From Candidatus Uhrbacteria bacterium (lineage in GTDB: Bacteria; Patescibacteriota; Patescibacteriia; UBA9934; GWF2-40-263), in contig JACQSK010000021.1 in assembly GCA_016205975.1 (NCBI GenBank), positions 36,324 to 100,323 of the forward strand: a DNA stretch of 64,000 nt. The letters are read 5' to 3'. A model generated the notes under the pieces. It did no database searches. It was not told the origin of the DNA and was given only the letters and a program-made list of their open reading frames with translations. Positions 28,386 to 37,458 of the stretch are shown piece after piece; the first letter of the stretch is position 1; each line of letters begins with the position of its first letter. Position numbers and translations under genes: made by a program.

Positions 28386-30445
28386 ACGTTTTTGTTTCGT
28401 GTAAGCCCGTACAGCGCCGGAGACTGGAGACCGCGCGCGGTGCGGATCGTTTTCATGTAGGCGCGCGTGACCGTGATAGCCGTAAACAGGGACAGGAGCA
28501 CGCCCACGGCCAGCGTGAGGGCGAAGCCGCGCACGAAGCTGGAGGTAAAGCTGTACAAGACCGCCGCGGAGATGAGGGTTGTGAAGTGTCCGTCGCGGAT
28601 CGGCGCCCAGGCGCGTTTGAACCCTTCATCGATGGATGAGGTGAGATCGCGGCCCGTGCGGTACTCGTCCTTGATGCGTTCAAAGATGAGCACGTTCGCG
28701 TCCACGGCAATGCCCAAGGAGAGGATCAAACCGGCCACGCCCGAAAGCGTGATGGTCACGCCAAAGAGGCGATACGCCGCCAGGTTCAAGACGACATACA
28801 GGATAAGCGCGAACGTCGCGAGCAACCCGGGCAGCCGGTAGACGGCTATCATGAACAGCACGACCAGGGCAAAACCGATGAAGGCGGCAGACAGGCTTTT
28901 CTGAAGTGAGGCCAATCCCAGCGTCGGCCCCACGGTCTCCTGCGACAAGAGCTCCACGGGAACCGGGAGCGCGCCGGCGTTCAGACGCTGTGCCAAGAGC
29001 TTGGCTTCCTCAAGCGTGAAGTCGCCGGTGATGACCGCCTGGCCGCCATAGATGGCCTGCTGTACCACGGGTGTGGAGATCGGTATTCCGTCCAAGAAGA
29101 TCGCAATAGGCTGGCCCACATACGCCTCGGTAAGCGCGCCGAAGAGCTCGCCTCCCTCGCCGTTGAACGTAAGCGCGACAAACGGCGTGCCGGCATTCTG
29201 GTCAAACTGCACGGCCGCGCGTTCCAGATGCTTTCCGGAGAGCTCTGAGTTTACCCAGTCGGACGCTTCTGGGACAACGTCCGTGAGATCTGAAAATGGC
29301 ATCAGCACGCGCTGAATCGTGTACGTTTTGAGCGCGCGTTCGTCCGTCTTATAAATGAGGTGATACCCGAACTCCGTCTCCACCACGTCGGAAATCCCGC
29401 CGACCGGAAGCGCGCTGGCCGCGAGCCCGAACGCGGGCACGTACTGATCGGGCAGGGCATATCCCAGGTCGCCGCTGTTGGAAGCGGCGGAAGGGTCTGT
29501 GGAGTTTTGGAGCGCGAGCGCGGCAAAGTTTTCAGGCGTCGCCTGGCTCTTGAGGTTGTTGATCTGGATCGAGGCATCGATTTGCTTGACGCCGCTCGTG
29601 CACCCCGTCTTGCCTTCAAAACAGATTAGGATGTGCGAGAGGCGCATCTCCTTTTTTTCTTCCTGGCTCACGTACTTAAACACGCTCACGCCGTCTTCGT
29701 TTTCAAGCAGGTTGCCGTACACCGAACCGGGAGCCATGCCCCGCTCGATCATGATCGCGTACTCGGCAAGATACGAGTCGTTGGTGACGTTGTTGATGAT
29801 GCCCTTGGTGACGGCTAGATTTTTGTCGATACTCTTTTCTGCTACGAGTGCGTCAAAGTCCTCTCCGGAGAGCGCGCGATTCAAAACGGCACGTGCGGAA
29901 GCGCGCTCGGCTTCGTTCAGAGCTGCGAGCTGGGAGAGCTCTTCTTCCGTTGGGTCACGATCGACCTCTTGTCCAGGCGTCTTGAACTCCAGAACCGGCG
30001 TCTCGCCGATCAGGGCAATCGCTTGCGACACGTCCAGCACGCCCGCCAACTCGATGATCACCCGATACGTGCCGCCGGTCGTGGTCGTCTGCACCACGGG
30101 CTCGGACACGCCAAACGCATTCACGCGCCGCTCGATCACGTCGCGTACGCCTTCCAGCGCCGCGCCGCGGTCCGCATCCGGAATCTCGCTCATGTCCGCC
30201 TCGTAGACCAAGTGCGTGCCGCCCTGCAGATCAAGACCCAGTTTGAAGGGTGACTCCGCCAGCGTGGGAGCCAGCCAACCGGTTTGGGCTTGGAGGAATG
30301 AAGCGCCTCGGTTCCAGAGAAACGGAAAGTCGTACACGCCGATACCAAGCGTCGCGACAAGCAGCAGCACGGCCGCGAGCCTCAGCCCCCAGTGCTTGTG
30401 TGCGGCTTTCGGCGCTGCCTTCTTTTTGAGTTTCCAGGTTTGCAT
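28382..30445 (-). CDS. secD: protein translocase subunit SecD with an inserted parvulin-type peptidyl-prolyl isomerase domain
   Basis: 687 aa; N-terminal TM plus periplasmic domain and C-terminal 5-TM SecD core (…LDLQGGTHLVYEA…; …TLSGVAGLILSLGIAVDANVLIFERI…); residues about 265-380 (LSHILICFEGK...SNSGDLGYALPDQYVPAFGLAASALPVGGISDVVETEFGYHLIYKTD) carry the PpiC/parvulin rotamase signature. Confidence 0.85.
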   Translation of the reverse strand: MQTWKLKKKAAPKAAHKHWGLRLAAVLLLVATLGIGVYDFPFLWNRGASFLQAQTGWLAPTLAESPFKLGLDLQGGTHLVYEADMSEIPDADRGAALEGVRDVIERRVNAFGVSEPVVQTTTTGGTYRVIIELAGVLDVSQAIALIGETPVLEFKTPGQEVDRDPTEEELSQLAALNEAERASARAVLNRALSGEDFDALVAEKSIDKNLAVTKGIINNVTNDSYLAEYAIMIERGMAPGSVYGNLLENEDGVSVFKYVSQEEKKEMRLSHILICFEGKTGCTSGVKQIDASIQINNLKSQATPENFAALALQNSTDPSAASNSGDLGYALPDQYVPAFGLAASALPVGGISDVVETEFGYHLIYKTDERALKTYTIQRVLMPFSDLTDVVPEASDWVNSELSGKHLERAAVQFDQNAGTPFVALTFNGEGGELFGALTEAYVGQPIAIFLDGIPISTPVVQQAIYGGQAVITGDFTLEEAKLLAQRLNAGALPVPVELLSQETVGPTLGLASLQKSLSAAFIGFALVVLFMIAVYRLPGLLATFALILYVVLNLAAYRLFGVTITLSGVAGLILSLGIAVDANVLIFERIKDEYRTGRDLTSSIDEGFKRAWAPIRDGHFTTLISAAVLYSFTSSFVRGFALTLAVGVLLSLFTAITVTRAYMKTIRTARGLQSPALYGLTRNKNV

Positions 30446-30512
30446 AATGGATCAATAAAATCGTCGCTAGTGTAGACGACGACTTCTCTGAAGGCAAGTG
30501 GACAATAAACGT

Positions 30513-31730
30513 CTAGACTCCTGGAAGCCGGACCGTTTGTTCTGACTCCTGAGGCGCAGGAGAAAACACCCGCTTATCCGGCCAGTGGTGAACCGTGCGC
30601 AACGAAGCAAGATAGGCCCCTGACCGCTCATCGAGCTCGTGCGGGTGCCCTGGGAGCAGGTCGAGTCGCTCTTTCATACCAAGCATCTTCGCCATGCCGT
30701 TTAAGGTACGCGCGTAGTTGGTAGCGTTCAACAGGTCATTGGAAGACCGCTGGTCAATTGGGTCTGAGGCAAGGAGTCGCTCGGCGGCCGTGCGGGCGCC
30801 GGTCCATTCATTTTCTCCGAACGGATCAACAATCAGGTACGTCCACTTCCCTTCCTCGTTCCTGTACACGCGAACATTCCCGCCGCCGGCCATGTCGAGC
30901 ATCTCGTGCGTATTCACGGTGAAGGCCATCAGGCGACGCGTGAGATCGCGCAGGACGTCCGCGAGCTCATGATCCTGTGCGGCCTCTTCAAGCAGATGTA
31001 TCGTGCCCACGTGGAGGAACTTATAAAACAGGCTTGCGTCAAACGGTTCCTCCTCGCTGAACGCCATCCGGTTGAGCCGCTGGTACTCAGATACCGGGAT
31101 GTCGTAGCGCTCCACGTAACGGAACCCGAACGAGTGCACGTCTGGGTTGTGGCCCTCTTCTTTCTTCTCCGTTCTCGCCGCCTCTGGGATCGTCTCTTGA
31201 TAATGGACGATCGTCGGGACGCGAATGGTCGAGGCGGGAGCGAGGTCTGCCAGAGTATTGTGTTCGAGGATGGCTTTGGCGACTTCAGGCGTGACCGGCA
31301 CATCGCGCAGCGTTGCACGCGTCGTGAGCAAGTGAGAAGCGGGAAACGAACGGCGCAAGGCCGTCATGAACGCCGCCTCCCGCTGGAGCGCCTCTTTCAT
31401 CGCCTCGCGTTCGTCTTGATGCTCGTGCATGGCCTGTGCGCGATCGCGCACGCCCGCGTCGTCTGCGGTGGGGAACGGCTGAGCCTCCCAGCGCGCAAAC
31501 GCCTCGCGCAGCACGCCGCGCTTGAGATGGTACATGTCGGCCTTCAGGACCGCACCGCGGTGCGTTCCCTCGCGACCTTCCTTCTGGCGTACGCGAAAAA
31601 CGACGCTCTCACCGCCGTGGCCGGCGTATTCCAGATTGTCTGAAAGCAACGGATCGCGCGTGCGTTCCTCGAGGTGTTTAGCCGCAAGTTCTGAGACGCG
31701 ATCGGATGATTCGTGAAACATAAATCCCAT
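30513..31730 (-). CDS. hypothetical protein with protein-kinase-like fold features
   Basis: 405 aa; Gly-rich loop-like YAGHGGESVVFRV, VLK Lys, catalytic-loop-like MLDMAGGGNV and DPFG (DFG-like) in kinase order; tentative. Confidence 0.45.
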   Translation of the reverse strand: MGFMFHESSDRVSELAAKHLEERTRDPLLSDNLEYAGHGGESVVFRVRQKEGREGTHRGAVLKADMYHLKRGVLREAFARWEAQPFPTADDAGVRDRAQAMHEHQDEREAMKEALQREAAFMTALRRSFPASHLLTTRATLRDVPVTPEVAKAILEHNTLADLAPASTIRVPTIVHYQETIPEAARTEKKEEGHNPDVHSFGFRYVERYDIPVSEYQRLNRMAFSEEEPFDASLFYKFLHVGTIHLLEEAAQDHELADVLRDLTRRLMAFTVNTHEMLDMAGGGNVRVYRNEEGKWTYLIVDPFGENEWTGARTAAERLLASDPIDQRSSNDLLNATNYARTLNGMAKMLGMKERLDLLPGHPHELDERSGAYLASLRTVHHWPDKRVFSPAPQESEQTVRLPGV

Positions 31731-32140
31731 TATCCGGCTTTTCTTGAAGCCTTGTGCGCAAGCGCCTCGTCGTACATTTTTTCCGCGGCTCGGCTGATCT
31801 CATCAAAGTGGCGCTTGGCCTGTGAGAGGTCGTTCACGGTCGCCTCCAGCGCGTTCAAAAAATCAATCGCCTGACGCACAGACTCGGGTACGCGCGAATG
31901 AATAAACTCGTCTTGTTCTTTTTCGTCCTCAATCGCGTCCATGCGATCGATCCATGGTTGAATCTCCGCATTCAAGGCGTTGGTCATCTCTTTGAGGCGA
32001 CCCAGTTCCATGAGGATGCGGGCGACTTCGAGCTGTGCGGACTTGAACGTCTCACGAAGTTCGTTCGGACGATTCTTTGGCAGCTCCGCGGCCGTGGCGT
32101 AGGCGAGCGCTTCTTGCTCGCTCAGATGTTCATGGGACAT
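31730..32140 (-). CDS. hypothetical alpha-helical protein
   Basis: 136 aa, charged/helical; stop/start abut neighbours; no motif. Confidence 0.4.
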   Translation of the reverse strand: MSHEHLSEQEALAYATAAELPKNRPNELRETFKSAQLEVARILMELGRLKEMTNALNAEIQPWIDRMDAIEDEKEQDEFIHSRVPESVRQAIDFLNALEATVNDLSQAKRHFDEISRAAEKMYDEALAHKASRKAG

Positions 32141-32702
32141 AGGTGAGTGCTTCTATCATCTTCTTTGTCTTCTCTTTTGGCAACCCCATGAGGCTTTCCC
32201 ACTCGCCCTCAAAATGCATGAACGGTTTGAACAGCGGATGCTCAGCGGCCAGCGCGCCGGCATAACGGAAGACTTCGCCGGATTCCACGAACGTCTGAAT
32301 GTTTTCCTCGGGGATCGGATCAAACGTCACGATCACCTCGTCCACGGCGCTTAAACGCTTCCCTGTCGCCGTGTTGCACACGACCGTGCATGAGGTGGCG
32401 ATTTGCGGACTGGTCGAGAGTGTCGCAAGGAACGCGTAGGCTTCTTCTTTTGTCCGCGGCTTCTCGCGCACAACGCCCGCCACCACAATGACCATGTCGC
32501 TGGTGATGACGATGGCCTCGCCCTCGACGCGCCGAAGCACCGCGTCCATCTTCGCCTGTGCAATCGCTTCGACAAGCTGGCGCGAGTCGTCTCGACGAAT
32601 CGCCCGCTCGTCGATGTCTGGAGAGATCACAGAAAACGAAATGCCCATGCTCGTCAGCACGGCCTTGCGGTAGTGAGAGCTCGAACCCAGGATGATGGTC
32701 AT
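32130..32702 (-). CDS. maf: Maf-family nucleoside triphosphate pyrophosphatase
   Basis: 190 aa; MTIILGSSSHYRKAVLTSMGISFSVISPDIDER... matches the Maf N-terminus. Confidence 0.85.
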   Translation of the reverse strand: MTIILGSSSHYRKAVLTSMGISFSVISPDIDERAIRRDDSRQLVEAIAQAKMDAVLRRVEGEAIVITSDMVIVVAGVVREKPRTKEEAYAFLATLSTSPQIATSCTVVCNTATGKRLSAVDEVIVTFDPIPEENIQTFVESGEVFRYAGALAAEHPLFKPFMHFEGEWESLMGLPKEKTKKMIEALTYVP

Positions 32703-32704
32703 AG

Positions 32705-33247
32705 CTAGAAGCCTCTGCTTTGCTTTCGCATTTTGTACAGGCGTTCTGTAAACCCGCCGTCTTTCACGAACTGTTGTTCAAGCGAGCGCAGCTGTTGGTC
32801 AAGCAAGTAGTTGGCCTGGTGGATTAAGCAAATGGCGGTGTTGGCCGCAGACTCCGGGCGTTCGCAATAGGTTCGATAGGTCGTATAGGACCTATTGCCT
32901 AGATAGGCTAATTTCCTGATTTGTAAAACGTTTGGGTGCGCCTTCTCCCACAGGACAAGCTGACGCTGGCGCAGGTAGTCTTCAAAGTCGAGCAACAATT
33001 CTTCTAGGCTCGCACGAGCCACGCCGATGAGTTTCAGCTCTGTCTTCTTGGACGTGCCCGACGCCTGGCAGCCCTCTGCTATGTTCTGTCGCCCCGAGCG
33101 CGCCGCTTGGACCATTTGGTCCTTCATTCGGTAGTCCTTCACAAAGCGGCTACAGAAATCAACCGTCAGGTCGTAAACAATGGTCGTTGTCTGAAACGAT
33201 TTGAGATCGCGGTACCCGCCGTGAGCTGGAATGAGTGTTTCCTCCAT
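32705..33247 (-). CDS. four-helix-bundle protein (23S rRNA IVS protein family) with C-terminal suffix domain
   Basis: core ...IVYDLTVDFCSRFVKDYRMKDQMVQAARSGRQNIAEGCQASGTSKKTELKLIGVARASLEELLLDFEDYL matches the family; tool ORF starts at GTG 33286 inside a repeat, so I prefer ATG 33247 (MEETLIPAHGGY...). Confidence 0.65.
   Translation of the reverse strand: MEETLIPAHGGYRDLKSFQTTTIVYDLTVDFCSRFVKDYRMKDQMVQAARSGRQNIAEGCQASGTSKKTELKLIGVARASLEELLLDFEDYLRQRQLVLWEKAHPNVLQIRKLAYLGNRSYTTYRTYCERPESAANTAICLIHQANYLLDQQLRSLEQQFVKDGGFTERLYKMRKQSRGF
32866..32912. repeat. short dispersed repeat with 9-bp periodicity, copy A
   Basis: gcaataggttcgataggtcgtataggacctattgcctagataggcta; shares ataggtcgtat...ggacctattgcc with copy B. 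Confidence 0.6.
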
Positions 33248-33281
33248 AGGTCGTATTGGTCCTATGGGACCTATTGCCCAT
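33243..33281. repeat. short dispersed repeat with 9-bp periodicity, copy B
   Basis: ccataggtcgtattggtcctatgggacctattgcccatg; direct repeat of copy A with one extra 9-nt unit; contains the secA stop codon and the 4HB gene's upstream start. Confidence 0.6.
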
Positions 33282-36024
33282 GACACTTCTTAAACTTTTT
33301 GCCAGAACCACAATAACACGGGTCGTTGCGGCCGACCTTCGCTTGCGGGGAACCAGGCTGAAGCCTGGGGCTACCATCCGTACCGCGAGCGACTATCGTA
33401 TTGGCAGCACCCTGAAGCGTCACGCCCGCTTTCTGAAACACGGATCGGCCGAGCTCCATCTGCACTTTCATGTCCACGGCGTGCTTGGCGTACTTAAAAA
33501 ACGTATACGTGATCTCATGGTTGATGGAACCCAACAGATTTTGGAACAGGCCAAACCCTTCCCGCTTGTACTCGACTAAAGGATCGCGCTGGCCGTAGCC
33601 CTGCAGACCGATACCTGTGCGCAGAGCGCTCATGGCGGCCAGGTGATCAATCCACAGGGTGTCGATGGATCGCAGGATCACGCCGCGTTCGATGTTGTAG
33701 GTGCTCTTGCGATCCTCAAAAACATCGTAGAGCTTGTCATACTGCGAGCGGACGGCCTCCATGATTTTCACGATGAACTCGGTCCGTCCTTGGGCAAGCG
33801 CTTCGCGATCTTGCGCGGCAGAAAGCCCGATGCCCTGCAGACCCTCCTTCTGTTCCTCTGAAAGCGCCACGATCGTCGAGACGGTCTCGACGATTTCCTT
33901 TCGATTCCAGCCGCCGTCATCCTCTACGCCTCCCTCACTGGTGTGGAACAACACGATCTGTTCCACCTCTCCCTCGATCACGTCCAGCACGCGGTCGCGC
34001 AGCTTCTCGGGCTCCTGCGCGAACAGCTCGAGGATCTCACGCCGTCGCGCATAGATCACCTCACGGTGCTTGTTCAACACATCGTCATACTCCAAGAGGT
34101 GCTTGCGCGAATCGAAGTGATACCCCTCCACGCGCGTCTGCGCCTTTTCAATGGAGCCGGTGATGAGTTTGTTCTCAATGGGCATGTCGTCGGGAATCCC
34201 CAGGCGGTCCATCATGCCGCGCGCGCGATCAGAGCCGAAGATGCGCATGAGCCCATCCTCCATCGACAGATAAAATTGCGTCGAGCCGGGATCGCCCTGG
34301 CGACCAGAACGCCCGCGCAGCTGGTTGTCGATGCGCCGCGCGTCATGGCGCTCGGTGCCGATGACGTGCAGGCCTCCCAGCTCCTTCACGCGCGCTTCCG
34401 CCTCCGGCGAGCCGGGATTTCCTCCGAGCTTGATGTCCACGCCGCGCCCGGCCATGTTGGTCGCGATCGTGACCGCGCTGACCTGCCCGGCTTGGGCGAT
34501 AATGTCGGCCTCGCGATCATGGTTCTTGGCATTGAGCACCTCATGGCGCACCCCCGCGTTGGTTAAGAGGAGTGACAACACTTCGTTTTTCTCCACGCTG
34601 ACCGTGCCCACCAACACTGGCTGACCCTTTTGCTGCTTCTCTTGAATGTCGCGCACGACTGCCTGAAACTTTCCCTGCTCGCTCTTAAAAATCTTGTCGC
34701 CCAGGTCCGCGCGCGAGACCGGTTTGTTCGTCGGAATCTCGACGACTTCCAGGTTGTAGATTTTAGAAAACTCCTCCGCCTCGGTGGCGGCCGTTCCGGT
34801 CATCCCCGCGAGCTTGTGGTACATGCGGAAAAGATTTTGAAAGGTAATCGTCGCCAGCGTCTGGCTCTCACGCTGAATCGCCACGCCCTCCTTGGCTTCG
34901 ATCGCCTGGTGGATCCCCTCGGAAAACCGACGGCCCGGCATGAGACGCCCCGTGAACTCGTCCACGATAATCACCTCGCCTTCCTTGATGACATAGTGGA
35001 CGTCCTTCTGATAGTTGGCTCGCGCGCGCAGAGCCGTGTCGGCGTAGCGCTGATACTGTCCTTGGTCCACGGCGTACAGGTTTTCGATCGAGAGCGCGCG
35101 CTCGATATGCTCGATGCCCGCCTCCGTCAGCGTCGCCGCGCGCATTTTTTCGTCTACGTTGTAATCCTCGTTCTCCTTGAGGCTTGCCACGATCTGTGCA
35201 AACCGGTAGTAGAGGTCATTCGATTTTTCCGCGGGCGCGGAGATGATGAGCGGCGTACGCGCCTCGTCAATCAGGATGGAATCCACCTCGTCCACGATCG
35301 CATAGTGCAGCTCGCGCATGACGCACGCGTCTATGGAGGGTGCCATGTTGTCGCGCAGGTAGTCGAATCCAAACTGGTTGTTGGTGCCGTAGGTGATGTC
35401 CGCCTGGTACGCCTCGCTCCGAGATACGGGCCGCAGGTAATCCTCGCGCACATGGAACGAGCCGGTCGCATCGCGCTCTCGATCGGCCATCTCCCCATCG
35501 AGTGTTTCCTCGGCGTGCTTGAACGCGGGGTCATAGATGAGCCCGCTCTCGTGCTGGATCACACCCACGCTCATGCCCAAGGCATGATAAATCTGTCCCA
35601 TCCACACCGCGTCGCGGCGCGCGAGATAATCGTTCACCGTCACCAGATGGCAGCCCTGTCCGCGCAAGGCGTTCGTGTACAAGGCGAGCGTGGAAGTGAG
35701 CGTCTTGCCTTCTCCGGTGCGCATCTCCGCGATCTGTCCGCGATGCAGCGCGAGTCCGCCGACGAGCTGTACGTCGAAATGCCTCTGCCCAAGCGTGCGC
35801 CTGGCCGCCTCACGCACCACGGCAAACGTCTCATACATAAGATCGTCGAGCGACGCCCCTTGCGCAAGCTGCTCTCTAAAACCAGAGGTCTTTGCCCGAA
35901 GCTCCTCATCCGTGAGCGCCATAATCGTGGGCTCCAGTGCGTTGATCTTCTGCACTTCCCTCTCAAACGCCGCGAGCATTTTCCTATTCGGATCTCCAAA
36001 CAAAAGTTTCAAAAATTTCTGCAT
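33271..36024 (-). CDS. secA: preprotein translocase ATPase SecA
   Basis: 917 aa; N-terminus MQKFLKLLFGDPNRK..., DEAD-like motor motifs, C-terminal zinc-binding tail CYCGSGKKFKKCHG. Confidence 0.95.
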   Translation of the reverse strand: MQKFLKLLFGDPNRKMLAAFEREVQKINALEPTIMALTDEELRAKTSGFREQLAQGASLDDLMYETFAVVREAARRTLGQRHFDVQLVGGLALHRGQIAEMRTGEGKTLTSTLALYTNALRGQGCHLVTVNDYLARRDAVWMGQIYHALGMSVGVIQHESGLIYDPAFKHAEETLDGEMADRERDATGSFHVREDYLRPVSRSEAYQADITYGTNNQFGFDYLRDNMAPSIDACVMRELHYAIVDEVDSILIDEARTPLIISAPAEKSNDLYYRFAQIVASLKENEDYNVDEKMRAATLTEAGIEHIERALSIENLYAVDQGQYQRYADTALRARANYQKDVHYVIKEGEVIIVDEFTGRLMPGRRFSEGIHQAIEAKEGVAIQRESQTLATITFQNLFRMYHKLAGMTGTAATEAEEFSKIYNLEVVEIPTNKPVSRADLGDKIFKSEQGKFQAVVRDIQEKQQKGQPVLVGTVSVEKNEVLSLLLTNAGVRHEVLNAKNHDREADIIAQAGQVSAVTIATNMAGRGVDIKLGGNPGSPEAEARVKELGGLHVIGTERHDARRIDNQLRGRSGRQGDPGSTQFYLSMEDGLMRIFGSDRARGMMDRLGIPDDMPIENKLITGSIEKAQTRVEGYHFDSRKHLLEYDDVLNKHREVIYARRREILELFAQEPEKLRDRVLDVIEGEVEQIVLFHTSEGGVEDDGGWNRKEIVETVSTIVALSEEQKEGLQGIGLSAAQDREALAQGRTEFIVKIMEAVRSQYDKLYDVFEDRKSTYNIERGVILRSIDTLWIDHLAAMSALRTGIGLQGYGQRDPLVEYKREGFGLFQNLLGSINHEITYTFFKYAKHAVDMKVQMELGRSVFQKAGVTLQGAANTIVARGTDGSPRLQPGSPQAKVGRNDPCYCGSGKKFKKCHGQ

Positions 36025-36034
36025 ACGGCGAGGA

Positions 36035-36066
36035 TTATGCTATTTCTCAATGAAAAAATCAACTCG
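36035..36066 (-). promoter_or_regulatory. secA promoter candidate (TTGATT-17-CATAAT on minus strand)
   Basis: minus-strand read: gagTTGATTttttcattgagaaatagCATAATcctcgccgtATG; very short leader. Confidence 0.4.
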
Positions 36067-36079
36067 AAAAAATCAACTC
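36052..36079. repeat. perfect tandem 14-bp repeat (gaaaaaatcaactc x2) overlapping the secA -35 region
   Basis: 36052-36065 and 36066-36079 identical. Confidence 0.8.
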
Positions 36080-36106
36080 TACAAAAAGCGAGCCGTTTGG
36101 CTCACT
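36080..36106 (-). terminator. intrinsic terminator after hpf
   Basis: minus-strand RNA: gugagcc-aaac-ggcucgc followed by uuuuuguag; 14 nt after the hpf stop. Confidence 0.55.
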
Positions 36107-36119
36107 TCATCAGGGTCTC

Positions 36120-36467
36120 TCACGACTTCCCTGGTCGCACGCTCTTCTGAGACCGTTCCTTCAGCTTATCTTTGTATTCTTTAATCTGCCGACGCATCTG
36201 GTCGCACGCTTGCGTGATCGCGTGATAGAGGTCTTCCTCTTGGCTGGTGGACCTCAGTTCGGCGCCCGCCACGTGCAGCTGGAACTCGGCCGTAAAATAC
36301 GGGCCCTTGGCATGGTGCTTGGTGGATTTGCCCACTTCCACGCGCATCTCGGCGACGGGTTCAAAATCTTTCGTCAGGCGCTCGAGCAGAGCAGATTTCG
36401 ATTGGACGCGCGCCTTGATGGCGTCGGTGAGCGGGAGGTTGGTGCCTTTGATGGATATGATGCGCAT
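36120..36467 (-). CDS. hpf: ribosome hibernation promoting factor (HPF/RaiA family)
   Basis: tool ORF trimmed to MRIISIKGTNLPLTDAIKARVQSK...; short-form HPF. Confidence 0.85.
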   Translation of the reverse strand: MRIISIKGTNLPLTDAIKARVQSKSALLERLTKDFEPVAEMRVEVGKSTKHHAKGPYFTAEFQLHVAGAELRSTSQEEDLYHAITQACDQMRRQIKEYKDKLKERSQKSVRPGKS

Positions 36468-36501
36468 ATGGACGTAAAGGGTAAATGAATAGACAAGGGG
36501 A

Positions 36502-37458
36502 TCAGAAGCCGAGATAAGCAACTTCCTCCTGTAGCATTATACCAAACTCGTTACGAGCGCGAGTTTTAATGAGGGCGATCAGCTGGACGACGTCATCGGC
36601 GGCAGCGCTGCCGAGATTGACGACAAAATTTCCGTGCTTGTCGCTGATCTTCGCTTGTCCGATCTGCATCCCCTTCAGATCAAGCTGATCGATAAGCCAG
36701 CCTGCCGAGAGGCGACGCTCTGACCGCATCCTTGGTGGGATATCGAGTTTTTGAGACAGACGTTGCAGCTCGGCCTCTTCACGCACGTCGTAATTTTTGA
36801 ACAGGCAGCCAGCCGATCCGGCGTCCAGCGGCTGCGCGGCTTTGCGGCGCATGAGATGATCGTCGAGCTCGGCCTTCAGCTCCGATGCGTCACCTTCTTC
36901 CAGTGCAAACGTCGCGGACAGGACGATGTCTTGGCTGTGCTTGAGCGCGGACTCGCGGTAGCCGAAGGCAAGTTCTTCCTTATCGACCTTGTAGACCTTG
37001 TCATCTCTCAATACCTCCACGCTTACCAGCCGATCCTTGATCTCCCCTCCGAAGCAACCCGCGTTCCCGCGCACGGCGCCGCCGATTGTCCCAGGCAGCG
37101 AGATCGCCCAGGTGAGTCCCCTGAGCCCGGCGTTGCCTGTTGCGCGCGCGAGCGCTCCGGAGAGCACGCCCGCTTGTACCTGTACCGTTGTCCCGTGGAT
37201 CTCGTAGCTCCGCATCGCGATCTTGATGACGATGCCGTCGAATCCTGCGTCGCTTGCAAGCGTGTTTGATCCCCCGCCGAGGATGGCAACAGCCACTCGT
37301 GCCTCGCGCGCAAGGTGAATCACGCCCAAAAGTTCCTCAACGGACCTCACCTCCACCAGCCACTTGGCCGGCCCGCCGATGCGAAAGTTCGTATGCTTCG
37401 AGAGAGGCTCGTTCTCACAGACGCGTGATCCGACGATGGTTGAAAGACGGTCTGTCAT
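36502..37458 (-). CDS. murB: UDP-N-acetylenolpyruvoylglucosamine reductase
   Basis: 318 aa; FAD-binding NFRIGGPAKWLVEV... and MurB C-terminal domain. Confidence 0.9.
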   Translation of the reverse strand: MTDRLSTIVGSRVCENEPLSKHTNFRIGGPAKWLVEVRSVEELLGVIHLAREARVAVAILGGGSNTLASDAGFDGIVIKIAMRSYEIHGTTVQVQAGVLSGALARATGNAGLRGLTWAISLPGTIGGAVRGNAGCFGGEIKDRLVSVEVLRDDKVYKVDKEELAFGYRESALKHSQDIVLSATFALEEGDASELKAELDDHLMRRKAAQPLDAGSAGCLFKNYDVREEAELQRLSQKLDIPPRMRSERRLSAGWLIDQLDLKGMQIGQAKISDKHGNFVVNLGSAAADDVVQLIALIKTRARNEFGIMLQEEVAYLGF

